Shown: positions 51,756 to 62,052, counted from the stretch's first letter. The stretch is DNA of 64,000 bases from Actinomycetes bacterium (GCA_025463905.1 JAODBJ010000238.1:7629-71628); one strand, 5' to 3'. Made by a program: numbers and translations. Notes: generated from the letters alone by a model not told the origin.

Positions 51756-52761
51756 CACGCATCCCGCTTTCCGCAACCGAGGCAGTCAACCGTTCGACGA
51801 TGCCAGCCTCGACGCAGTCGCGCGCGACGCGCACCGCGTTCACGATCGCTGCGGCCGACGACGAGCCGTGCGAGATGATGCATATGCCCTTCACACCGAG
51901 CAGCAACGCGCCACCCGTGTTGTCGGGCAGCAGATCGGCGGCCGCTTCGAGCATCCGGACCTTGAGGCGCGGGCCCATCTCGCCCCATTCGGGTTCGTCG
52001 AGCACCGAGAACACGAGGCCGGCCAAGGCGAGCATCGCCCCTTCGATGGTCTTCAGGGCGACGTTCCCGGTGAAGCCGTCGGTGAGGATCACGTCGGCCG
52101 ACGGCCGGGCGAGGTCGCCACCCTCGACATTGCCAACGAACCCCTTGATCTCCGAGAGCAACGCGAATGCTTCCTTGCGGAGCGCGTCGCCCTTGCCCGC
52201 TTCCTCGCCGTTCGAGAGCAGTCCGATACTCGGGTCCTCGACCCCCAAGCGGAACCGCGCGTACTCGCGAGCGAGCAACGCCCATTGCACCAACCACGCC
52301 GGTTCGGGATCGACCGTCGCGCCCGCGTCGACGAGGAGCTGGCGCCGGTTCGCGCCCGGGATCGGGATCGGCACCGCGATCGCAGGCCGCGCGACCCCGC
52401 GGACGCGGCCGAAGCGCAACAGCGCGGCCGCCATGGTCGCTCCGGTATTGCCCGCACCGACCATCGCCGACGCGCGCCCGTCGCGCACCGCTTCGGCGCA
52501 ACGCACAATCGACGAGTCGCGCTTCGAGCGCACGGCCGCGGCCGGCTCGTCGTGCATCGCGATCACTTCGGATGTTGGCAACACTTCGATCCCGCGGGCA
52601 CCCGGCGGCACGAGCGGGTCGATCGCTTCCGGGCTCCCAACGAGCAAGATGTCGACGTCGAGCTCGTCGACGGCCCGCAGCGCGCCCGCGACGATCTCCT
52701 GGGGCGCGCGGTCGCCACCCATCGCGTCCAGCGCGATCACTGGGCGTCCAGGTGGCTGCAC
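51745..52761 (-). CDS. plsX: Phosphate acyltransferase PlsX
   Basis: IALDAMGGDRAP, MVGAGNTGA, and GFVGNVEG. Start is GTG 52761 (after GAAGGA) or GTG 52740. Confidence 0.9.
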   Translation of the reverse strand: MQPPGRPVIALDAMGGDRAPQEIVAGALRAVDELDVDILLVGSPEAIDPLVPPGARGIEVLPTSEVIAMHDEPAAAVRSKRDSSIVRCAEAVRDGRASAMVGAGNTGATMAAALLRFGRVRGVARPAIAVPIPIPGANRRQLLVDAGATVDPEPAWLVQWALLAREYARFRLGVEDPSIGLLSNGEEAGKGDALRKEAFALLSEIKGFVGNVEGGDLARPSADVILTDGFTGNVALKTIEGAMLALAGLVFSVLDEPEWGEMGPRLKVRMLEAAADLLPDNTGGALLLGVKGICIISHGSSSAAAIVNAVRVARDCVEAGIVERLTASVAESGMRDAG

Positions 52762-52775
52762 AGCGCGACGTCCTT

Positions 52776-52955
52776 CTACTCGACCTCGATGACCTGGCGG
52801 CCGCGGTACCAACCGCAGTTACCGCACACGGTGTGGGGAAGCCGGGAGGCACCGCAGTTGGGGCACAGCGAATGCGGTGGCCGCGTGAGTCGCATGTTCG
52901 CCGACTTGCGCGAGCGCGTCGCCGAGCGGCTCGTCTTTCGTTTCGGTACGGCCAT
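52776..52955 (-). CDS. rpmF: 50S ribosomal protein L32 (59 aa; below ORF-track length cutoff)
   Basis: Hand translation gives MAVPKRKTSRSATRSRKSANMRLTRPPHSLCPNCGASRLPHTVCGNCGWYRGRQVIEVE. ATG 52955 lies 8 nt after AGGAG. Contains a CxxC...CxxC zinc ribbon. Confidence 0.88.
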   Translation of the reverse strand: MAVPKRKTSRSATRSRKSANMRLTRPPHSLCPNCGASRLPHTVCGNCGWYRGRQVIEVE

Positions 52956-52976
52956 TCCTGTACTCCTATTCCAAAC

Positions 52977-53480
52977 TCAGAGGTCGAGCGAGCGCAGCGC
53001 GGCCCAGCGAGGATCGGGCTCGTCGGTCCCACAATCGCAGGTTCCACGGTTGCGATCCGTACCACACATCGGGCACAGGCCGCGGCAATCGGGGTCGCAC
53101 AGAGGGGCGTGGGGCAGCTCGAGGGCGAGCGCGTCGCGCACCAGCGGTTCGAGATCGATGACGTCCGAGGCGAGGCGGTAGGTCTCGCCGTCGATCGGCT
53201 CGGTCTCGAACAACTCGTCGGCGTGCACGATGACGTCGTTTCCCACCGGCTGCAGGCAGCGGCTGCACAGGCCGCGCCACGCGCTCGAGATCTCGCCGCG
53301 AGCGACAACACCTTCGGAGAGCCGTTCCAGGTGGAGACGGACGCGAACGGGCTGGTCAGCGGGTACTTCGACCGCTTCAGCCGGCAGCCCGACCCCGGTC
53401 GCGACAACCTCGACGTCACGCGTCGCACCGGGACGGCGCAAATCGGCGACGCTCACCCTCAGGGCGTTCGGCTGGGACAT
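52977..53480 (-). CDS. YceD/DUF177 family protein
   Basis: ATG 53480. C-terminal CDPDCRGLCPMCGTDRNRGTCDC...DPRWAALRSL is typical of DUF177 upstream of rpmF. Confidence 0.85.
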   Translation of the reverse strand: MSQPNALRVSVADLRRPGATRDVEVVATGVGLPAEAVEVPADQPVRVRLHLERLSEGVVARGEISSAWRGLCSRCLQPVGNDVIVHADELFETEPIDGETYRLASDVIDLEPLVRDALALELPHAPLCDPDCRGLCPMCGTDRNRGTCDCGTDEPDPRWAALRSLDL

Positions 53481-53588
53481 CGTGGTGGCCTTTCCGGCGA
53501 ATCTGTTCTTGCCGGCGTCGGGCCCGAAGGGCGCGGCGGCAGCGTCGCGCCGCGGCCAGCCCAATTGGCGGCGAATCGATCCCCGAGG

Positions 53589-54152
53589 TTACTCGTCCTG
53601 GTCGAAGAAGGCCGGACCGATCGTCATGTCCTCTTCCTCGTCCGGGTTCGGCGTCACGTGCACCTGGAGCCGTTCGCGGCCTTTTTGCACCGTTTGCATC
53701 ACCCGGTCGAGCACGACCTCGAACGAGGCGAGTTTGCGGTCGACGTAGTCCTCCGCCTCGTTCCGCATCTGCCCGGCGCGCCGCTCGGCGTCCTCGACGA
53801 TCTCCTCGGCCGTGCGGCGAGCCTCACGCACCACCTCGGTGCGCTCGACCATCCGTTCGGCCCGCACCCGCGCCGCCTCGATGATGCGCTCCGCTTCGCG
53901 GCGCGCCCGCTCGATCACTTCGTCACGTTCTTTGAGCAACCAGCGTGCCTCGCGCAGCTCTTCGGGGAGCCCGTCGATGGCGTCCGCCAGCATGTCGCCG
54001 AACTCTTCTCGGTTCACCATCACCGATGCCGACAGCGGCATCGCCCGCGCGTTCTCCAGCAACTCCTGCAACCGGTTGAGCAGGGTTCGCGTGTCGTGCG
54101 ACGAAGGCGGCGTTCCTTGGCTGTCGTCGGTCACGATGTCACCGTCCGTCAT
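53589..54152 (-). CDS. Conserved coiled-coil protein of unknown function (ATP-synthase-b/DivIVA-like heptads)
   Basis: Long Arg/Glu-rich helix (EVIERARREAERIIEAARVRAERMVERTEVVREARRTAEEIVEDAERRAGQMRNEAEDY). ATGA overlap with the coaD stop. No catalytic motif. Confidence 0.55.
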   Translation of the reverse strand: MTDGDIVTDDSQGTPPSSHDTRTLLNRLQELLENARAMPLSASVMVNREEFGDMLADAIDGLPEELREARWLLKERDEVIERARREAERIIEAARVRAERMVERTEVVREARRTAEEIVEDAERRAGQMRNEAEDYVDRKLASFEVVLDRVMQTVQKGRERLQVHVTPNPDEEEDMTIGPAFFDQDE

Positions 54153-54643
54153 GGCGTTCCACCCTCGTCGGCGAAACGTTCGCTCAAGCGAGCGAGCACC
54201 GACTTCGGCACCATGCTCGACACGTCACCGCCGAAGCGCGCGACCTCGCGAACAAGGCTCGACGACAGGAACGAATGTTGCGGGCTCGTCGACAGGAAGA
54301 ACGTGTCGACCCCGGACAACCGTTGGTTCATCTGCGCCATCTGCAACTCGTAGTCGAAGTCTGAGACGGCACGTAGACCCTTCACGATCGCGCTCGCGCC
54401 ACGATCACGCGCGAAGTCGACGAGGAGGCCCTTGAAGAAGTCGATGCTCACGTTGTCGAGGTGCGCAGTCTCCTCGCGCAACATCTCTTGGCGTTCCTCG
54501 AGGCTGAACAACGACTGTGACTTCTGTGGATTGCGGATGACCGCCACGATCACACCCTCGAAGTGGCGCGCCGCGCGCTCGATGATGTCGAGGTGTCCGT
54601 AGGTAACCGGGTCGAACGAACCCGGGCATAAGGCAGTGGCCAA
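54149..54643 (-). CDS. coaD: Phosphopantetheine adenylyltransferase
   Basis: CPGSFDPVTYGHLDII, plus the ISSSLVRE-like SSSLVRE. Confidence 0.95.
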   Translation of the reverse strand: MATALCPGSFDPVTYGHLDIIERAARHFEGVIVAVIRNPQKSQSLFSLEERQEMLREETAHLDNVSIDFFKGLLVDFARDRGASAIVKGLRAVSDFDYELQMAQMNQRLSGVDTFFLSTSPQHSFLSSSLVREVARFGGDVSSMVPKSVLARLSERFADEGGTP

Positions 54644-54655
54644 CGAGAGCGCCTC

Positions 54656-55228
54656 TCACGGTGCAAGGAACGTGACGAGCGTATCGCCGAAGGCCCGCTC
54701 CCACATGACTCGCAACCCGGGCGGCGGCTCGACGCTCGCCCTCTGTGCACGCTCGACCACCACCATCGCGTCGGGCGCGAGCCAGTGGGTGGAGGCAATC
54801 GACGCGAGCACGTCGGACAAGTCGGCGGCGGGGAAGTCGTATGGGGGATCACACAGCACGAGATCGAAGGGCGCGTCGCGCGCAGGGGTAGCGAGGAAGG
54901 CTTCGACCGCGCGCGGTTCGACGCGAGCGCGGTCGCGGAAGCCGCAGGCTTCGAGGTTGGTATCGATCGCGGCGATGGCATCACGTGACCGTTCAACCAA
55001 CACCGCGCGCGCGGCGCCGCGCGACAGTGCCTCGATCGCGAGCGCACCGGTTCCGGCGTAGAGGTCGAGCACACTCGCATCCGCGATCGCGCCACGCGCG
55101 TCGAGCGCGGAGAACATCGCTTCGCGGACGCGGTCTTGCGTCGGCCGCACGTCGGTGCCCGGCGGTACGACCAGCCGGCGCCCGCGCACGGACCCCGCAA
55201 TCACCCGGATGCCCCCTTTGCGAGGCAT
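54656..55228 (-). CDS. rsmD: 16S rRNA (guanine966-N2)-methyltransferase
   Basis: RVIAGSVRGRRL..P....RPT.DRVREAMFS, LDLYAGTGALAIEALSRGA and DPPY. Confidence 0.9.
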   Translation of the reverse strand: MPRKGGIRVIAGSVRGRRLVVPPGTDVRPTQDRVREAMFSALDARGAIADASVLDLYAGTGALAIEALSRGAARAVLVERSRDAIAAIDTNLEACGFRDRARVEPRAVEAFLATPARDAPFDLVLCDPPYDFPAADLSDVLASIASTHWLAPDAMVVVERAQRASVEPPPGLRVMWERAFGDTLVTFLAP

Positions 55229-55229
55229 A

Positions 55230-57386
55230 TCAGCTCTTGAAGAGGAACTCGACCGAGTCGCCGAGAAGGTCCTCGACTTCTTCTCTCAGCTGTACGTGCG
55301 CGGCGAGATCGGTGTCGGCATCGAGGAGCGCTTCGGCGACGCGACGCGTCTCGATCACCGCGTCCTCGTCGCGCGGGATACGACCGAGCTTCAGGTCGCT
55401 GAACCCAGACTGGCGCTCGCCGAACACCTCGCCTGCGCCCCGGATCTCCAAGTCTTTCTCCGCCAGGAAGAAGCCGTCGGTTGACGCGGCCATGGCGGCC
55501 ATCCGTTCCTTCGCATCGTCGGTCTGTGGGTCCGTGAGCAGGAAACAGCGGGACGCGTGCTCGCCGCGACCGACACGACCACGGAGTTGATGCAGTTGCG
55601 ACAACCCGAAGCGATCTGCGTCCTCGATCATCATCACGGCGGCGTTCGCTACGTCGACACCCACCTCGATCACGGTCGTGGCGACGAGCACGTCGAGTTC
55701 GTGGTCGCGAAACGCGGCCATCACAGCTTCCTTCTCCTTCGACGGCATCTGGCCGTGCAACAACCCGAGGCGGAGGCCGGCGAGGTCTTCGTGTTGCAAC
55801 CGTTCGTACTCCTCGGTGGCCGCCTTCGCTTCCACCTTCCCGCTGCCCTCCACCAGCGGGCACACCACATACGCCTGCCGGCCCTCCCCCACTTCTTGGC
55901 GCAACACCTCGTACGCGCGGGCGCGTTCGAGGGGGTTCGGCCCGATCACCTCGGTGGTGATCGGCGTTCGCCCGGGCGGCATCTCTCGCAACTCCGACTT
56001 GTCGAGGTCGCCGTACACGAGCATCGCTGCCGTGCGCGGGATCGGCGTCGCGGTCATCACGAGCACGTCGGGTACGGCGTCGCGGTTCTTGTCGCGCAGC
56101 AGGCTGCGTTGCTCGACGCCGAAGCGATGTTGTTCGTCGATAACGGCCAGCCCGAGTCGCGAGAACGGCGCGTCGCCGTAGAGCAGCGCGTGCGTACCCA
56201 CCACGATGTCGACCTCACCGCCGTTGAGCCCGCTCGCGATTCGGCGGCGATCCGCCGCGCTCGTACGATTGGTGAGCAGCTCGACACGTACCGGTCGATC
56301 ACCGAGCAGTGAGCCGTGTGCCGGCACCGTGAGCCCTTCGAGCAGCCGCAACGACGTGAGGTGGTGCTGCTCGGCAAGCACTTCGGTCGGCGCCATGAAC
56401 GCGCCTTGATGACCGCCCTGCACCGCGACGAGCAACGCGCTCAGCGCCACCACGGTCTTTCCGGAACCGACGTCACCTTGCAGTAACCGGTGCATCGGCG
56501 CCGCGCTCGACATGTCTTGTGTGATCTCGTCGATCGCGCGCTGCTGGTCGTCGGTGAGCGGAAAGGGCAAGCGACCATGGAACGCGCTGACGAGCGCGCG
56601 GGATGCGTCGTGGTGGATGCCGAGCTGGGTGGCTTCGATCGCGCGCTTGCGGGCAACGAGGCCGGTCTGCATACGGAGAAACTCGTCGAAGATGAGGCGT
56701 CGTCGCGCGGTTTGCTGTTCGGCCATCGTCTCGGGTTGGTGGATTCCTTTGTACGCGGCGGTGCGGTCGACGAGCTTGTGCGCTTCGAGCACCGCGGCGT
56801 CGAGCGGTTCGGCGAGGCCGCGCCGCTGACAGCGTCGCAACGCTTCGGCTACGACCTTTCGCAGTTGCCACGTGTACACCTCGGCCTTGCCCGACTGCGG
56901 GTAGATCGGCACGATGACCCCCGTCTTCTCGCCGCCGTCGGCCACGTTGCCGACGACGTCGACGACGGGGTTCGTCATCTGCCGCTTGCCGCGGTACACG
57001 TCGACCTTTCCGAAGAATGCCGCCTCGGTGCCGACGCCCAACTGCTTCTCGCGCCAGCCCTGGTTGAAGAACGTGAGGTTCAGCAACGACGTGCCGTCGT
57101 GTACGACCACCTCGACGAGCGCACGACCCTGGCGCGTACGACGCCCGTGGACGCGTCGCACCTCGCCGAAAACGGTTGCCTCCTCGCCGATCTTCAACTC
57201 GGCGATGTCGGCTCGCTTGGTGCGGTCGACCCAGCGGCGCGGATAGTGCTGCAACACGTCGAGAACGGTGCACAAGCCCATGTCGGCCAGGCGTTCTTCG
57301 AGCTTCGGACCGACCGAGTCGAGGTCGCCCACCGGCCGGCCGGCGAGCTCCCGCAGGGTGATGCCGCCCTCTTCCGTTGCGGCCAT
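55230..57386 (-). CDS. recG: ATP-dependent DNA helicase RecG
   Basis: Wedge domain, helicase motifs GDVGSGKT and DEQHRFG, and the TRG-like region QLRGRVGRG. Confidence 0.95.
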   Translation of the reverse strand: MAATEEGGITLRELAGRPVGDLDSVGPKLEERLADMGLCTVLDVLQHYPRRWVDRTKRADIAELKIGEEATVFGEVRRVHGRRTRQGRALVEVVVHDGTSLLNLTFFNQGWREKQLGVGTEAAFFGKVDVYRGKRQMTNPVVDVVGNVADGGEKTGVIVPIYPQSGKAEVYTWQLRKVVAEALRRCQRRGLAEPLDAAVLEAHKLVDRTAAYKGIHQPETMAEQQTARRRLIFDEFLRMQTGLVARKRAIEATQLGIHHDASRALVSAFHGRLPFPLTDDQQRAIDEITQDMSSAAPMHRLLQGDVGSGKTVVALSALLVAVQGGHQGAFMAPTEVLAEQHHLTSLRLLEGLTVPAHGSLLGDRPVRVELLTNRTSAADRRRIASGLNGGEVDIVVGTHALLYGDAPFSRLGLAVIDEQHRFGVEQRSLLRDKNRDAVPDVLVMTATPIPRTAAMLVYGDLDKSELREMPPGRTPITTEVIGPNPLERARAYEVLRQEVGEGRQAYVVCPLVEGSGKVEAKAATEEYERLQHEDLAGLRLGLLHGQMPSKEKEAVMAAFRDHELDVLVATTVIEVGVDVANAAVMMIEDADRFGLSQLHQLRGRVGRGEHASRCFLLTDPQTDDAKERMAAMAASTDGFFLAEKDLEIRGAGEVFGERQSGFSDLKLGRIPRDEDAVIETRRVAEALLDADTDLAAHVQLREEVEDLLGDSVEFLFKS

Positions 57387-57396
57387 TACTTCACGC

Positions 57397-59022
57397 CTAC
57401 TCCACGCCGAGGAGGTACGGGTAGAGCGGCTGGCCGCCGTCGTGGAACTCCACCTCCACGTGCGGATACGCGAACTCGAGGTGTTCTTTGATCCGAGCGG
57501 TGTCGTTCGCCTTCGCGTCCTGGCCGATCAGCACCGTGACGATCTCACTGTCGTCGTCGACGAGATCGGAGAGCAACGCTTTCATCGCGTCGACCGCAGA
57601 ACTGGCCGACGCCCGGATGCCGTCGCGCGACAACGCGATCCAGTCGCCCTCGGTGATGCGGCTGCCGTCGGCGGCCGAGTCGCGAACCGCCTGCGTCACC
57701 TCACCGCTGCGGACGCGCGACATCGATTCGGTCATCGCTTCGACGTTTCGGTCGATGTCGGCGTCGGGGTCGTAGCCGACCAAGGCGGCCAGCGCCTCGG
57801 TGACGCTCGTTGTGGGCACCACCACGACCTTGCGGTCGGTGAGGCTGTCGACCTGGCGCGCGACCGGCACGATGTTCTTGTTGTTCGGGAGCACGATCAC
57901 CGCTTCCGACGTACATGCCTCGACCGCTTCGAGGATCTGTGCCGTCGACGGATTCATCGATTGCCCACCCGCAACGACTTGCTGCACCCCGAGGCTCGTG
58001 AGCAACCGCCGCACGCCGTCGCCGACCGCGACTGCGACCACCGCGCTTTCGAGCGTTCGGCCTGCCGTCGCCGCCGACGCGCCGCCGACGCCCCCGTCGC
58101 GCACCCACTGCTCTTCTTCCACCTGCTCGAAGAGGTCGGTGACGCGCACGCTGCGCGGCCGGCCCGCTTCGATGCCGGCTTCGACCGAGGCGCCGATGTC
58201 GTTCGTGTGGATGTGGCAGTTCCACAACCCCTCACCGCCTACGACCACGATCGAATCGCCCACCGCGTCCCACGCCTGTTTGAACGCAGGGATGGTGTCG
58301 TCTTCGGCTTCGAGGAGGTACATCACTTCGTAGCGCAGCCCGGCGACGTCGTCGCCTCGGAGATGCGCTTCGACGATTCTCGGCGTGGTCACCACTTCCG
58401 GCTCCGGAATGGGACGGCCGTCGACAATCTCCAACAACGCGTCGAGCAGGAGCGTGAAACCCTTCCCGCCCGCGTCAACCACACCCGCGTCCTTGAGTAC
58501 GGGCAACAGGTCCGGGGTGCGTTCGACCGCGTCGCACGCCGCGTTCGAGGCGTGCTCGAGGAGTGTGACGAGACCGTCGCCCTCGTGTCGTTCCGACGCC
58601 TCGGCGGCCGCGCGCACGACCGTGAGGATCGTGCCCTCCACGGGGCGCATCACGGCCTGATACGCCGCGTCGGACGCTCGCCGCAGGCCCGACGCGAGCG
58701 CCGCAGCGTCGATCGCCTCGAGGGGCGAGAACTCGTCGGCGAACCCACGGAGGATCTGCGACAAGATCACGCCCGAGTTGCCGCGGGCGCCCATGAGGGA
58801 GCCCCGGCTGATCGCGTGGCATACCTCTTCCATGGATTCGGCGGTGTCGAGCTCGGCACTCACCGACTCGAGGGTCAGCGCCATGTTGGTGCCCGTGTCG
58901 CCGTCGGGGACGGGGTACACATTGAGCCGGTTCAGTTCCTCCTGGTGCGCGCGGAGCGCGTCACGGAACCGCAGCACCGCACGCCGCAGGTCGGGCGCGG
59001 CAAGGCGCGAGAGCGTGGGCAC
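57397..59022 (-). CDS. DAK2 domain fusion protein (YloV-like)
   Basis: N-terminal Dak2 motif NVYPVPDGDTGTNM, plus a C-terminal DegV/DhaL-like half. Divergent from rpmB, as in Firmicutes and Actinobacteria. Confidence 0.9.
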   Translation of the reverse strand: MPTLSRLAAPDLRRAVLRFRDALRAHQEELNRLNVYPVPDGDTGTNMALTLESVSAELDTAESMEEVCHAISRGSLMGARGNSGVILSQILRGFADEFSPLEAIDAAALASGLRRASDAAYQAVMRPVEGTILTVVRAAAEASERHEGDGLVTLLEHASNAACDAVERTPDLLPVLKDAGVVDAGGKGFTLLLDALLEIVDGRPIPEPEVVTTPRIVEAHLRGDDVAGLRYEVMYLLEAEDDTIPAFKQAWDAVGDSIVVVGGEGLWNCHIHTNDIGASVEAGIEAGRPRSVRVTDLFEQVEEEQWVRDGGVGGASAATAGRTLESAVVAVAVGDGVRRLLTSLGVQQVVAGGQSMNPSTAQILEAVEACTSEAVIVLPNNKNIVPVARQVDSLTDRKVVVVPTTSVTEALAALVGYDPDADIDRNVEAMTESMSRVRSGEVTQAVRDSAADGSRITEGDWIALSRDGIRASASSAVDAMKALLSDLVDDDSEIVTVLIGQDAKANDTARIKEHLEFAYPHVEVEFHDGGQPLYPYLLGVE

Positions 59023-59105
59023 GGCCGCCAGAGTAGTGATGCCGCTGCAGCCCGGCTGCTATCTTCGTTCGGTTCTTCGGCCGCAGTAATTCGAGAGGTT
59101 CCTTT

Positions 59106-59294
59106 ATGTCAGCCGTCTGCGATCTCTGCGGCAAGAGCCCGATCTTCGGTATGCGCCTGAGCCACTCGCACCGGCGCACCAAACGGCGCTGGAACCCGAA
59201 CGTGCAGAAGGTGCGGGCCGTCGTGAACGGGTCGCCGAAGCGCATCCACGTGTGCACCTCGTGCCTGAAGGCCGGCAAAGTGGTGAAGCCCTGA
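59106..59294 (+). CDS. rpmB: 50S ribosomal protein L28
   Basis: MSAVCDLCGKSPIFGMRLSHSHRRTKRRWNPNVQ. Confidence 0.95.
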   Translation: MSAVCDLCGKSPIFGMRLSHSHRRTKRRWNPNVQKVRAVVNGSPKRIHVCTSCLKAGKVVKP

Positions 59295-59521
59295 TGCAGG
59301 GAGTCGTGAAGGTGTACGACCCCCTCACTCGAGAGGGCATCATCGTCACCGACACCGACCGCACCGAGTACGTGCTGTCGGTACATGCGCTCGACGGGTC
59401 GCTGTTCCGGCTGCTCCGGCAAGGCCAGCGGGTCGTGTTCGACCTCGACGAGTCGGGCCACGCGATGCAGGTTCGCACCGGCGCCGAGCCCGACATGGGT
59501 CTCCCCACCGCCCAAATATGA
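59294..59521 (+). CDS. Small cold-shock-domain-like protein with degenerate RNP motifs
   Basis: ATG 59294 overlaps the rpmB TGA by 1 nt. GVVKVYDPLTREGIIVTD...YVLSVHALDGSLFRLLRQGQRVVFDL is colinear with the CspA-type GTVKWFNAEKGFGFI...VFVHYSAI...L.EGQ.V.F., but it lacks the aromatic RNP1 residues. Confidence 0.5.
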   Translation: MQGVVKVYDPLTREGIIVTDTDRTEYVLSVHALDGSLFRLLRQGQRVVFDLDESGHAMQVRTGAEPDMGLPTAQI

Positions 59522-59551
59522 CGCGCGTCTGCGTCGCGGCAGCGACGCGGT

Positions 59552-59812
59552 TCAGGAGCGGCGTGACCGGTCGGTAACCAGGCCGACCGCGAGCAGCAGC
59601 ACGACGGCGCCGACGAAGGCGACGAACATCGACCACAGGCCGAACTCGCCGATGCCCTTCGCGCCGGCCAGGTTGAACAGCGCTCCGCCGATCAGGCCAC
59701 CAAGCACACCGATCACGATCGTGCCGAGGCACCCCGTGCGCCGGGTACCGGTGACACCGCGCGCCAACGCCCCGGCCACGAACCCCACGACGATCCAGCC
59801 GAGAACGCCCAT
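59552..59812 (-). CDS. GlsB/YeaQ/YmgE family stress-response membrane protein
   Basis: ATG 59812 after AGGGGGA. 86 aa: MGVLGWIVVGFVAGALA...IVIGVLGGLIGG, typical of the family. Confidence 0.8.
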   Translation of the reverse strand: MGVLGWIVVGFVAGALARGVTGTRRTGCLGTIVIGVLGGLIGGALFNLAGAKGIGEFGLWSMFVAFVGAVVLLLAVGLVTDRSRRS

Positions 59813-59832
59813 GTTCCCCCTGCCCCGCGCCG

Positions 59833-61638
59833 CTAGTTCGAGAGGCGCTTTTGCAGTTCTTCGAGTTCGTCGTTGAGCTGCGACGGCAGGCGGTCGCCGA
59901 AGATCGCGTAGTGCTCCTCGATGAGCGGCACTTCGGCTCGCCATGCGTCTTCGTCGACGCGCAGCAGTTCCGCCAACGCTTCCGGCGCGACACCGAGCCC
60001 CTCCGTGGGGAGCCCACCCGTCTCGGGGAGCCGACCGATCGGCGAGTCGACCGCGGCGGCACGGCCGGCGCAACGTTCGAACACCCACGCGAGCACCCGG
60101 CTGTTCTCACCGAAACCGGGCCACAGGAACTTGCCGCCGGCGTCCTTGCGGAACCAGTTCACGTAGTAGAGACGCGGCAGCTTCTCGGCGTCGTGGGTTT
60201 CGCCGACCTGGAGCCAGTGCGCGAAGTAGTCGGCCATGTTGTAGCCGCAGAATGGCAGCATCGCGAACGGGTCGCGCCGCAGGTTGCCGACCGCGCCGGT
60301 GGCGGCCGCCGTGGTTTCCGAACCCATGATCGAGCCCATGAACACGCCGTGTTGCCAGTCGAACGCTTCGGTCACGAGCGGCACCGTGGTGGCGCGCCGA
60401 CCGCCGAAGAGGATCGCTGATATCGGCACACCGGCGGGGTCTTCCCATTCGGGCGCGACCGACGGCACCTGCCCGAGCGGAGCGGTGAACCGGCTGTTCG
60501 GGTGGGCAGCCGGCTTCTCGGACGCCGGCGTCCAGTCGTTGCCCAACCAGTCGGAGCAGTGCTCGGGCGGCGCCTTGGTGAGCCCCTCCCACCACACGTC
60601 GCCGTCGTCGGTGAGCGCGGTGTTCGTGAACACCGTGTTCTTCGTCAGCGCCTTGATCGCGTTCGGGTTGGTGTCGGGGCCGGTGCCCGGCGCGACACCG
60701 AACAACCCATACTCGGGATTGATTGCGTAGAGGCGGCCGTCGGGGCCGAACTTCATCCATGCGATGTCGTCGCCGACGGTCTGCGCGGTCCAGCCCGGCA
60801 CTGTCGGCTCGATCATCGCGAGGTTCGTCTTGCCGCACTGCGACGGGAACGCGGCGGCGATGTAACGGCTCTCGCCTGCAGGGTTGGTGAGCTTCAGAAT
60901 CAGCATGTGCTCGGCGAGCCAACCGTGGTCGCGCGCCATCGTCGATGCAATGCGCAGTGCAAAACACTTCTTGCCGAGCAAGGCGTTGCCGCCGTAGCCC
61001 GAGCCATACGACCAGATCTCGCGGCTTTCGGGGAAGTGCACGATGTACTTGTTCTCGGCGTTGCACGGCCACGGAACGTCGGCTTCACCGGGTTCGAGCG
61101 GCGAGCCGATCGAATGGACACACGGCACGAACGCGCCGTCGGCGCCGAGCACCGCAAGCGCGCCTTCACCCATGCGGGTCATCGTCCGCATGCTCGCGGC
61201 GACGTACGCGGAGTCGGTGAGCTGCACGCCGATGTGCGCGATGTGGGAACCGAGCGGGCCCATCGAGAACGGCACGACGTACATCGTGCGGCCTCGCATC
61301 GCACCGTCGAAGAGGCTCGTCATCTGGCGCCGCATGTCGTCCGGAGCCCGCCAGTTGTTGGTGGGGCCTGCGTCTTCCTGGCGCTCGGAGCAGATGAACG
61401 TGCGGTCCTCGACCCGGGCGACGTCGCCGGGATCACTACGCGCATAGAAGCTGTTCGGGCGCTTCGCCGGGTCGAGTTCCGTGAACGTGCCGGTGGCGAC
61501 CAGGCGCTGGCAGAGCCGGGCGTACTCCTCGTCCGAACCGTCGCACCACTCCACGTGGTCGGGCTGGAGGATCTGGGCCCAATGCTCGACCCAGTCCAGA
61601 AGCTTGCGATTGGTCGTCGGGGCTGTCGTCGCAGTCAT
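59833..61638 (-). CDS. pckG: Phosphoenolpyruvate carboxykinase (GTP)
   Basis: Kinase-1a [12 protein letters not shown], plus [17 protein letters not shown], and YFAHWL. Confidence 0.95.
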   Translation of the reverse strand: MTATTAPTTNRKLLDWVEHWAQILQPDHVEWCDGSDEEYARLCQRLVATGTFTELDPAKRPNSFYARSDPGDVARVEDRTFICSERQEDAGPTNNWRAPDDMRRQMTSLFDGAMRGRTMYVVPFSMGPLGSHIAHIGVQLTDSAYVAASMRTMTRMGEGALAVLGADGAFVPCVHSIGSPLEPGEADVPWPCNAENKYIVHFPESREIWSYGSGYGGNALLGKKCFALRIASTMARDHGWLAEHMLILKLTNPAGESRYIAAAFPSQCGKTNLAMIEPTVPGWTAQTVGDDIAWMKFGPDGRLYAINPEYGLFGVAPGTGPDTNPNAIKALTKNTVFTNTALTDDGDVWWEGLTKAPPEHCSDWLGNDWTPASEKPAAHPNSRFTAPLGQVPSVAPEWEDPAGVPISAILFGGRRATTVPLVTEAFDWQHGVFMGSIMGSETTAAATGAVGNLRRDPFAMLPFCGYNMADYFAHWLQVGETHDAEKLPRLYYVNWFRKDAGGKFLWPGFGENSRVLAWVFERCAGRAAAVDSPIGRLPETGGLPTEGLGVAPEALAELLRVDEDAWRAEVPLIEEHYAIFGDRLPSQLNDELEELQKRLSN

Positions 61639-61743
61639 GCGGGTCCTCGCGTACGCCTACCGGTTGCCTGCAATCGGGGAGTGCGCCAGTCTACGCATCG
61701 ACCCCTCGAACCCTGAAAGGTTCGAACGGGCTCGTACCCGACG

Positions 61744-61767
61744 ACCCGGTCGATGAACCCGGTCGAT
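61744..61767. repeat. 11-bp direct repeat (acccggtcgat x2, 13-bp register) in the pckG / AsnC-like divergent promoter region
   Basis: Read directly at 61744-61754 and 61757-61767. It lies 24 bp upstream of ATG 61791, just before the SD GGGAGG. A 6-bp-stem hairpin cgaacc-ctgaaa-ggttcg lies ~30 bp further upstream. Confidence 0.85.
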
Positions 61768-61790
61768 CGACCCCGCACCGGGAGGCCGCG

Positions 61791-62027
61791 ATGGCAGTAA
61801 GCGCGTACATCCTGATCCAGACGGAAGTGGGCAAAGCGTCCTCGGTCGCTCAGGCCGTCCACGATCTGCCCGGTGTCGTGCAGGCCGACGACGTCACCGG
61901 TCCCTACGACGTCATTCTGCGCGCCGAGGCGGAGTCGATCGACGAACTCGGCCGCATGGTCGTGTCACAGATCCAACTGGTCGACGGCATTACGCGCACG
62001 CTCACGTGCCCCGTCGTGCATCTGTAG
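61791..62027 (+). CDS. Lrp/AsnC ligand-binding (RAM) domain-only protein
   Basis: 78 aa: AYILIQTEVGKASSVAQAVHDLPGVVQADDVTGPYDVILRAEA...TRT. No HTH domain is present. Confidence 0.8.
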   Translation: MAVSAYILIQTEVGKASSVAQAVHDLPGVVQADDVTGPYDVILRAEAESIDELGRMVVSQIQLVDGITRTLTCPVVHL

Positions 62028-62052
62028 CGGCGCGGGCTCGTTCTAGCGCCGC
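62027..62052. terminator. Possible bidirectional hairpin between convergent genes
   Basis: GCGGCGC (62027-62033) and GCGCCGC (62046-62052) form a 7-bp GC stem with a 12-nt loop spanning both stop codons. No U-tract is present. Confidence 0.25.
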
